DNA of 32,000 nucleotides. It comes from Candidatus Baldrarchaeota archaeon. GTDB taxonomy: Archaea > Asgardarchaeota > Baldrarchaeia > Baldrarchaeales > DXJG01. The DNA lies in contig DXJG01000007.1 of assembly GCA_019056805.1 (NCBI GenBank), positions 1-32,000 of the forward strand, read 5' to 3'. Both the position numbers and the translations under genes were made by a program. A model generated the notes under the pieces. It had not been told where the DNA came from. It saw only the letters and a list, made by a program, of their open reading frames with translations, and did not search any database. Positions within the stretch are counted from its first letter, which is position 1. The number at the start of each line of letters is the position of its first letter. Shown one piece after another: positions 18,552 through 26,049 of this stretch.

Positions 18552-19783
18552 ATCTGAACACTTTGTCTTTATTATTAATCTGTTTTAATTCTCCGGCTTT
18601 AATTTCTTTTTAGAAATACATAGAAGCATGAAAATGAAAATACTTAAATAAATGTACTTGATTTTAACTTATGAGTAATTATAGAAAGCTATCTTGAGGG
18701 GGAATAATATAGGTTGTACTCTTTATGGTTTATATGCTTGTGGTTTGCATGTTCAACGTTGGTAATTATATTAGCTATTTGGTTTGAAAAAATAAGAAAA
18801 GCAAGAATAACAGAAATCTTTCAGGAAATTTTCTTTTGGTTAAAAGAGAAATCTGAAAGAATACGTTATGAAAATCATAAAAACCCTAGAATTACAGCTG
18901 AGTTAAAACCAGAATGGCAATTAGATCAGGTTGAAGTTACAACGTTTATTGATAAATATGAACACTATTACGACTACTATATGTTACGTGCATCTGAAAG
19001 ATTTAATCTTAGGATTTTAGGTGTAGGTGAGGGGAAACATTTTGTAAGTCTTGCTATAAAAGATAAAGTCCCTTTTGATAGAAGTGTTTTAGGATCAGGG
19101 TTTGCAGAATATGTAAAATCTGGAGATCCAGTATTTGATCATTGGCATATCATTAGGAGTAAAACACCTCAAGCCGCTCTCAAACTTTTAAAAGACGATA
19201 AATTTAGAAGCTACATCAGTAATATACACAAATTAAGAATTTTCAAAATTGAGGGAGATGGAACTCTAAGTTTTACTGTTGAATGTAACTATGATCCAAT
19301 ATCTGCTAAAAATGCCATTTTGGCTATGAAAAGAGTATTAGAAGTTCTATCACCAAAAACTAAGGAAAAAACTGCCGTTAGTGAAAGGGTTAAACCCGCT
19401 GTTTTAAAAGCTGAACCTCAGAAAATTATAGATCCCGAATTACTTTTAAACTTAAGAAAAGAATTTGAAAAATTATCGACCCATGTTTCTAAGTTAGAGT
19501 TTAAACCCTTGGAGGAAAATTTCTCTAGAGTGATCATTACTCCTTTACTAGGCGAATTCGATTACGTGCAATATGAAATTGCTGAAAAATTGAAAGTAGA
19601 AGCAATAGACGACCTTAAGAAAACTGTAGAAAAACCCATTACAATTGAAATACGTCCTAAAGAAGTAACGTTATCATTAGGTCAAAAAATAGCTTTTATT
19701 GAGGAAATCAAGACATTATTTGATATTAGGTGTGAGGATCAAGAAGTTTTAAGAAGAATTTCCGAAGCATACATACTTTTTGA
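18302..19783 (+). repeat. Exact/near-exact DNA patches shared by paralogues: 87 bp (18302-18388 = 19697-19783) and 50 bp with 1 mismatch (18135-18184 vs 19530-19579)
   Basis: Direct base-by-base comparison. Flanking codons differ at many synonymous and non-synonymous sites. Confidence 0.9.
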
Positions 19784-19946
19784 TTCTTTGAGCAAAATCA
19801 AAGAATTGTCTATCTTCAGCATAAAGTTGCAAGATTCAACGTTGAAAATATGTTTAGAATGTAGTGTCGATCCTGAAAACATCAGAAAAGCTTATGAAGC
19901 AGTTAAAGAAGCTGTCAATCTGGTTAAATTCCACCTATTAATCTAG
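18714..19946 (+). CDS. N-terminally membrane-anchored hypothetical protein, tandem paralogue 2 (two-domain)
   Basis: TTG start with SD GAGGGG, N-terminal TM, colinear with paralogue 1. Confidence 0.85.
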   Translation: MYSLWFICLWFACSTLVIILAIWFEKIRKARITEIFQEIFFWLKEKSERIRYENHKNPRITAELKPEWQLDQVEVTTFIDKYEHYYDYYMLRASERFNLRILGVGEGKHFVSLAIKDKVPFDRSVLGSGFAEYVKSGDPVFDHWHIIRSKTPQAALKLLKDDKFRSYISNIHKLRIFKIEGDGTLSFTVECNYDPISAKNAILAMKRVLEVLSPKTKEKTAVSERVKPAVLKAEPQKIIDPELLLNLRKEFEKLSTHVSKLEFKPLEENFSRVIITPLLGEFDYVQYEIAEKLKVEAIDDLKKTVEKPITIEIRPKEVTLSLGQKIAFIEEIKTLFDIRCEDQEVLRRISEAYILFDSLSKIKELSIFSIKLQDSTLKICLECSVDPENIRKAYEAVKEAVNLVKFHLLI

Positions 19947-20449
19947 GACTCGAAATATCTCATAACCATATACATCTAGTTATTTTCCGACATATATTGC
20001 GGTTGGAAGAAAAAATTTGCTTAAATGGATATATGTTGCTCTTCGAATTTTAGGTAGATACTGGTTTTGAATTCGTGTATTTTGAGGTTTCAAATGTGGA
20101 AGAAATGATACATCAATCGTCATTATTATCCTTTGTAAAAATAAAAACTACGACAAATATTTAAATAAGGTAAATTGAATAAATAGTTAAGAAGGTGGGG
20201 ATTAGATGCAGTTTGGTTCCTATTTTTTGCTTTGGTTAATTGTTATAACTCTACCGATAATTTTGGCACCTATTTTCCTAATATTTCTAGAGAAAAAGAA
20301 GATAAAAGAAACTTTACAGCAAACTTACTCTTGGTTAAAAGAAAAATCTCCAAAAAATATACATTGATAAGGTTCATACAAAGAATCCCAAGATCATAGC
20401 CGAGATAAAACCAGAATGGCAATTAGATCAGGTTGAAGTTACAACGTTT
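18904..20449 (+). repeat. 44-bp identical patch shared by paralogues 2 and 3 (18904-18947 = 20406-20449)
   Basis: TAAAACCAGAATGGCAATTAGATCAGGTTGAAGTTACAACGTTT is present in both. Confidence 0.9.
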
Positions 20450-20866
20450 CCTATAGGTGCTTTTACATCTCCCAGGCGCGGTCTGTTTTTCTTCTTTCCA
20501 AGAAACTACTTTAGTATCTCAGGTATAAAGGAAATAGAATCGCCTATAAAATTTGTAGTAACGGGAAGAGATCCTTTGTCTGTAACCATTGCCAGATCGG
20601 AGTTTAAACATGATTTTGAGACAGGAGATCCCGTATTTGACCGAAGATACATGGTTAAGGGTGAAGACTCTGAAGCGATTCCCAAGATTCTAAGTGATTC
20701 TAAGTTTAGAAGCTACATATTGGGAATATACGATCTGATAAAGTTTGAAGTCAGAGGAAATAAACATGTAAGTTTCATAGCTGAGTGCAACCCTGATATT
20801 AAATCTGTAGAAAACAGCATTTTAGCAATGAAAAGAATAATAGAAATTTTATCAGAAACCATCTAA
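20206..20866 (+). pseudogene. Tandem paralogue 3 (single-domain), split by one extra base in an A6 run
   Basis: ATG 20206 MQFGSYFLLW...WLKEKSPKNIH* stops at 20365-20367. Removing one A from 20352-20357 gives ...SPKIYIDKVHTKNPKIIAEIKPEWQLDQVEVTTF..., open to 20866 and colinear with the N-domain of paralogues 1 and 2. The ORF-track entry 20576-20866 is its 3' part. Confidence 0.8.
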
Positions 20867-21062
20867 ATCTTACGATAATGTATCTACAATATCAGAACTT
20901 GTGGATATTATTTTCACATTTATTATAATGTTGGATTAGGGTTTAGTAAGGCATATATAGTTAAGTGTTTCATCGTTCTTTTACCATGAATTAATTTTGA
21001 ATTTAAATTATGATTTAGTTTGTAGGGAAGATGATGGGCTACGTTATTAGGAGGAGAAAGTT

Positions 21063-21383
21063 GTGAACAGTACTCAGCATGGAAATAGGCAGAGCTCTAT
21101 AAGGATTCAAGTGAAGTTCTTGGCGTCGTTAAAACATATTTTGGGAGTTAAAAATGTTGATTTGGAAATTTCTCAGCCAATGAAGTTGATAGAAGTTTTA
21201 AATTTACTTGTAGAAAAATATGGAGAAAAATTCAGGGAAGCTGTGTTTGATGAAGAAGGAAAAGTTAGAAATGAGCTTCTTATCTTGGTGAATGATGCGG
21301 AAATCTCTGTGCTTAACGGATTAGATACTAAAATATCTGATGGAGATACAATAACTCTACTACCTACAGTGCATGGAGGATAA
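21063..21383 (+). CDS. MoaD/ThiS/SAMP/Urm1-family ubiquitin-like protein
   Basis: Beta-grasp pattern (IQVKFLASLK...LILVND...LDTKISDGDTITLLPTVHGG) with C-terminal HGG. GTG start with SD GGAGGAG. Confidence 0.92.
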   Translation: MNSTQHGNRQSSIRIQVKFLASLKHILGVKNVDLEISQPMKLIEVLNLLVEKYGEKFREAVFDEEGKVRNELLILVNDAEISVLNGLDTKISDGDTITLLPTVHGG

Positions 21384-21447
21384 ACCTAGTTTCACATCTT
21401 CATAGGTCTTTACTTAACATTAACATGATTTTGTGGAGGAATAAATT

Positions 21448-22323
21448 ATGAGATTTTCTGGTATGTTAAGAATAGGGGTTGTGCAATTTGAGATCAGAGA
21501 AATAAATAGTTTTGATGATTTTAAGCAACATGTCACTAAACTTGTTGAATCAGCCGCAGAACAAAAAGTAAATTTACTGGTTTTTCCAGAACTTTTTACC
21601 CTTGAACTTTTAAGCATAAAAAATATTTTTGAATCAAATGAAGTAGCAAAATCTTTAGCTGAGTATTACGAAGATTATTTTAACCTATTTTCGGAACTAA
21701 CTGTAAAATATGGTTTTCTTATACTTGCTGGTTCAACTGCCACGGAAAGAAGTGGAAAATATTTCAACACAGCTCACCTATTTTTACCGAGTCGAGAAGT
21801 GATAAAATATGATAAAATTCATTTACATCATATTGATAAAACTTTAGGGTTTTCACCGGGGTTAAAACCTGTTATAGCAGATGTAATATTTGGCAAAGTT
21901 GGTTTAATGATTTGTTACGATGTTGGTTTCCCAGAACTTGCACGAATACTCGCACTCAAAGGTTCCTATATTCTTTTAGTGCCAAGTGCGGCACCTGGTA
22001 AATCTGCGTGGAACTGGTTAAGGTATTGTTGCCATGCTAGGGCAATAGAAAACCAAGCAATTGTAGTACACTCATGTCTTATAGGTAAATTTGGGGAATT
22101 AATGTTTAAAGGAAAATCTGCAGTAATTTCTTCAACAGACTATGAGAAAAGTGGAATTATAGTTGAAAGCGAGTATGATAAAGAAACTTTAACAATTGGA
22201 AATATTGATTTAAAGCGGTTTTGGAAAATTAGGGAAAAAACAAGAGCACCTGTACTCAAAGATTTAATACCAAGCATTTACAAACAGTTATGTGAAATAA
22301 ATTGGAAAATGCAAACAGAGTAA
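21448..22323 (+). CDS. Carbon-nitrogen hydrolase (nitrilase superfamily)
   Basis: Catalytic triad motifs VFPE, YDKIHL and ICYD, plus RAIENQ. Confidence 0.93.
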   Translation: MRFSGMLRIGVVQFEIREINSFDDFKQHVTKLVESAAEQKVNLLVFPELFTLELLSIKNIFESNEVAKSLAEYYEDYFNLFSELTVKYGFLILAGSTATERSGKYFNTAHLFLPSREVIKYDKIHLHHIDKTLGFSPGLKPVIADVIFGKVGLMICYDVGFPELARILALKGSYILLVPSAAPGKSAWNWLRYCCHARAIENQAIVVHSCLIGKFGELMFKGKSAVISSTDYEKSGIIVESEYDKETLTIGNIDLKRFWKIREKTRAPVLKDLIPSIYKQLCEINWKMQTE

Positions 22324-22360
22324 ATTTCTCAAAAACAATAGTGGATGCATCATTATTGTT

Positions 22361-22972
22361 TTACTCATATTGTAGTTGTTTTAGTCTTTGATGAAGTTTC
22401 GTGACTAATTTCTCTGCTTCTTCTAAATTGCCTTCTGAAACTTTTGTAAGTGCCTTTTCAATGTCATCGGTATGTTCATCCTGATTATAACCTGAAATTT
22501 TTAAATGAAGTTGCGCACGTATACCTGATTTTCTGCAGTTTTCATTAATTAACTCAAGTATAGAAAGTTTTGATGATACTTCTCTTGCAAACCTTAAGTC
22601 TTCAAGTAATAGGTCAAGAATCCTCTTGTATTCTGGAAGAATAAGAGCCTGTACTTGTTCAGAAGTAGCTTTTAAATCATCATTTATCATATCAATGGTT
22701 TTTAGAATACCCATTATCGTGTTATACAGTTGCATTCGAACTTGAAACCATAGTTTTAACCTTTCTGTTAGATTTAAATACTCTTTAAAATAGGTTTCCG
22801 CGGATGGAAAATAGGTTTCTAGATGCTTAGACCTCGTAGAGATATTATCCGGATATTCGCTTAAAACTGTTTCAACAATTTTCTTAATTATATCTGAAAT
22901 ATTTTTTAATAATTGACTCGGTGATTTTTTAGCCTGATCCAACGTCTTTCCCTCGCTCAAAACAATAACCAT
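22361..22972 (-). CDS. Hypothetical alpha-helical protein, 203 aa
   Basis: Long ORF filling an otherwise empty interval, with protein-like amphipathic helical composition. No motif recognised. Confidence 0.7.
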   Translation of the reverse strand: MVIVLSEGKTLDQAKKSPSQLLKNISDIIKKIVETVLSEYPDNISTRSKHLETYFPSAETYFKEYLNLTERLKLWFQVRMQLYNTIMGILKTIDMINDDLKATSEQVQALILPEYKRILDLLLEDLRFAREVSSKLSILELINENCRKSGIRAQLHLKISGYNQDEHTDDIEKALTKVSEGNLEEAEKLVTKLHQRLKQLQYE

Positions 22973-23380
22973 GTATCTCTATGATCATATATTGTTGTTA
23001 CAACTACAACTACTAAGTTATGTCAATCTACCATATAAGCTTATTGATCATGAAGATAGGAAGTTCTACTACTAAAACTTCACAATTTTACCTATAATAC
23101 CAGAATTTCATTAAAATTCTTAGATAAAACAATTGACATCCTTAAACTGCCAAGAAAAACATAAAACACAAAAATAAGTGAACAAACTATTTATTGAAGT
23201 TTCGGATTCAAAAGTTGTTCTAAAAGCAATATTTCCAAGAACCAATAACTAGAGTTGTCTGCTTTTCAATCATAATTAAGATGTTTGAAAGAATTTAGAA
23301 AAACAATTTATTTGTTCCTTAATTTTGTTATATCTCGCCACAAAAACTAAATTTCATAATAATATTTGAATAGGGTGTGA

Positions 23381-23659
23381 ATGTTTAATACTAAAAGGGT
23401 TTTAGTTTCCTTAATATTTGTGATATCATTTATTGCTACCTCATTTCTAAATTTGGCGGTTGCAGCAGAAAATTCTTCTTTTATGGGAATCGAAGATAAA
23501 CAAAAATATTTGCCAAAATATACTAGAATTATTCATTTTAGCGAGGTAGAGGTAATAGGTGCTGAGGTTGCTTTTCTTTACGCTGTTTGGACAGTTGCAG
23601 AAATATTAGATTGTTATAATTTCCTCTATTTTTATATTTCTTTTAGACAGTTCCTCTAA
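23381..23659 (+). CDS. Possible small secreted protein or gene remnant, 92 aa
   Basis: SD-like GGGTG before ATG and a convincing signal peptide (MFNTKRVLVSLIFVISFIATSFLNLAVAA), but the 3' end overlaps the convergent dehydrogenase by 54 nt. Confidence 0.3.
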   Translation: MFNTKRVLVSLIFVISFIATSFLNLAVAAENSSFMGIEDKQKYLPKYTRIIHFSEVEVIGAEVAFLYAVWTVAEILDCYNFLYFYISFRQFL

Positions 23660-24772
23660 AATCGTTTTGAAAATTCTGTGGTCTGTTCCTATTTTCTCTG
23701 GAGGAAATATCCCGGTTCCATTGATTTCTTTTTGACCGACTAATTGAGTTACAATAGATGCAATGTAGGATGTAGTACGTGCCATGGAAGTTATTTTTTC
23801 TTTTTCGTCATAGTAATCTATGAGATTATAGATGTATTCTACACTTCTTCCTCTTTCTTCTCCCACAATCTTTATTCTCATTACTGTAAGATCCTTTTCT
23901 TCTCCTAGTTGAAGTCGAGGTGTTAAAAGTTTTGTTAGAAATTCTCTGGGAGGAATTTTTACGGATTTTATTTCTATCGGTTCTGTATCTAAGAGTCCAC
24001 ATTCTATTAGGGTTTTTATTTTTTGAACATGCCCGGGGTATCTTATTGTTTTTTCACACATCTCTTCTACATCTCTCAGGGAAGAAAACTCTCTATATGT
24101 AAATAGAAGTGAAGCTAAACCGTCCGTGTAAAAACATTCTAATCCGCCTATTTCTGATACGTACATTTCTTCAAGTCCAGAAAGTGCTTCAACCTCTACT
24201 ATTTTACCGTTTTTTACGATTCTGGCTTTTTCAGTATATTCTTGCCAGACACTTTCAAGGTTAAAAACAATTCTATACTCTAATGGTGGTTTAGGCTTCT
24301 GTGGAAGCCCACCAACCATGATTTTAACCATTTTTGCCTTTTCTAATCTACTAGCAACGTGACCTACTAACATATTGCTAAGTCCAGGAGCCACGCCACA
24401 TCCTGGAACAATAATTATACCCTTTTCTTGTGCAATTTTATGTAGGGACATGTATTCGTCTTCAAAAGTTAAATCAACAACGTTAACTCCTTCATTCACT
24501 TCTGTTTTGAGCGCATGAAAACTTATTTCGTGTGGAAGAGCGTTAACGACAACGTCAACATTTTCACGTCTTAATAGATTGCTTAAAGCTGTTGAATTTG
24601 TTACATCAACTACAACGGTTGATAATTTATCGCTTTTAATTTTTTGAAGAACTTTTTCAACTTCTTCTTTAAATTTGCTAGTTAAAATAACTTCTGAAAC
24701 TATGTTACTTTTAACTAGGTCCATGGCCACTACAGATCCCATCATTCCAGCGCCTAATACCATTACTTTCAT
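23606..24772 (-). CDS. Saccharopine dehydrogenase / lysine 6-dehydrogenase family oxidoreductase
   Basis: Rossmann MKVMVLGAGMMG, NALP, GCGVAPGLSN, VGGLPQKPKPPLEY, KTIRYPGH, MARTT. Start reassigned to ATG 24772 (SD GGAGGAAGGGG) rather than 24793. Confidence 0.9.
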   Translation of the reverse strand: MKVMVLGAGMMGSVVAMDLVKSNIVSEVILTSKFKEEVEKVLQKIKSDKLSTVVVDVTNSTALSNLLRRENVDVVVNALPHEISFHALKTEVNEGVNVVDLTFEDEYMSLHKIAQEKGIIIVPGCGVAPGLSNMLVGHVASRLEKAKMVKIMVGGLPQKPKPPLEYRIVFNLESVWQEYTEKARIVKNGKIVEVEALSGLEEMYVSEIGGLECFYTDGLASLLFTYREFSSLRDVEEMCEKTIRYPGHVQKIKTLIECGLLDTEPIEIKSVKIPPREFLTKLLTPRLQLGEEKDLTVMRIKIVGEERGRSVEYIYNLIDYYDEKEKITSMARTTSYIASIVTQLVGQKEINGTGIFPPEKIGTDHRIFKTILEELSKRNIKIEEIITI

Positions 24773-24897
24773 CTTGTTGTCCCCTTCCTCCAATAAGTAG
24801 GGTTTTGAATAATAATGTTAAGTCTCTATCTCGATATAAAAATAAATCACATTATTCTATAACAATATATTGTAACTTGAAGGGGAGAAGATGATAA

Positions 24898-25605
24898 GTG
24901 AATATTAGTTTTAGGAAGATTGAAGATGTTCTACAGAACTTATCAGAGGTTGAAGAGGTCTTTAAAGAAATTAAAAGCGTAATTAAAGAACTGGTCAACG
25001 TTAAAACGGAAAATGAACAATTAAAAGGCGAAATAGTCAATTTAAAAGCCGAGTTAAGAATATTGAAAGAGAAATCACATAAACTTGAGAAAGAAAACAC
25101 GGAGTTAAAAAACACTTTAGAAACAAGAGAAAATGAAATAAACCAATTAAATGAAGCAATTTCCTCTTTAACAAGTGAAAATAAGAAGCTTAAAGAGGAT
25201 TTAGAGATTGCTGAGAAAAAATTCTCAGAATTAGATGAGTATAAAGAAAGAACTGAGGAAGAAAACAAAAAATTGAAAAACGAATTAGATAAGATTTCTG
25301 AACAGTTTGAGAAGATATCTCAAATGTATAGGGAGATTGCTGGTGAAAGAGAAAGAGTTGAAGACATAAAAGAACTTTTAACAATATATGTAACGTTGCT
25401 TGAGACTGTTTTTGCAGGTATGCCTCATGCAAAAGTACTGTGGTTGTTACATGGGGTTCCAAAAATGAAAAGAAGTGAAATAACGAAAACAGCGGGATTT
25501 AAGCCTGCAATCATACTTAAAAGCATACATGACTTGGAAAGAGCAAAACTAGTTGAATATGAGAGAGAAAAAGATGAAGTACGCATACTAAGAAGACTAT
25601 ACTAA
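24898..25605 (+). CDS. Long coiled-coil protein with C-terminal winged-helix domain
   Basis: About 150 aa of E/K/L heptads, then PHAKVLWLLHG...KRSEITKTAGFKPAIILKSIHDLERAKLVEY (wHTH pattern). Confidence 0.8.
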   Translation: MNISFRKIEDVLQNLSEVEEVFKEIKSVIKELVNVKTENEQLKGEIVNLKAELRILKEKSHKLEKENTELKNTLETRENEINQLNEAISSLTSENKKLKEDLEIAEKKFSELDEYKERTEEENKKLKNELDKISEQFEKISQMYREIAGERERVEDIKELLTIYVTLLETVFAGMPHAKVLWLLHGVPKMKRSEITKTAGFKPAIILKSIHDLERAKLVEYEREKDEVRILRRLY

Positions 25606-25734
25606 TGTCTCAACTATTAACATTGATCGTATTCTAAATTGGCAGTAAAGAAAACTAAGTAAATGAAGTTCCTAAACAGCCAAGATAATTTTACGTTTTT
25701 ATAAGTTGCTTATTCCTGGCGAATCTCGACGATT

Positions 25735-25938
25735 TTAAATTTCAAATGTACCCGGTACATCAGGATGTGGTGGGATTCTAGGTTTTCCCGGTTTCCCAGG
25801 TTTTATCGGTGGTGTTGGTCTCTTAATTCTAGCAAGGTCTAATTCAAACTTTGTTGAACATTGAGCACAGTAGATTTCACCGTTTACTGTAACTTTGAAA
25901 AGTTCACTTCCACATTTAAAGCATTTAGCCCATTCCAA
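25735..25938 (-). CDS. Small Zn-ribbon protein with proline-rich C-terminal tail
   Basis: CFKC-x14-CAQC followed by PTPPIKPGKPGKPRIPPHPDVP. Likely TTG start at 25938 after SD GGTGAG (the ORF track starts at 25962). Confidence 0.7.
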   Translation of the reverse strand: MEWAKCFKCGSELFKVTVNGEIYCAQCSTKFELDLARIKRPTPPIKPGKPGKPRIPPHPDVPGTFEI

Positions 25939-26049
25939 CAAACTCACCAACAAACATAACATGCACCGACATAAAAATCTATCTGAAAAAACTAAAGTAA
26001 AAACAAAGTAATTGTAAAATCAATATGTGAAAACTTGGATTATATGGTT

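Noticed and set aside
18135-20449. Diversity-generating retroelement or CRISPR explanation for the repeated tracts
   Set aside because: No reverse transcriptase or cas gene in the window, the repeats lie in coding frames, there is no regular spacing, and mismatches are not adenine-specific.
21031-21066. 11-codon upstream ORF MMGYVIRRRKL overlapping the Urm1-like start
   Set aside because: Its sequence is explained by the downstream gene's SD (AGGAGGAGAAAG), and tiny ORFs arise by chance.
22990-23080. Short CTACAACTAC/CTACTACTA microrepeats, also at 8752-8760
   Set aside because: Low complexity, no fixed spacing to starts, too short to support a regulatory motif.
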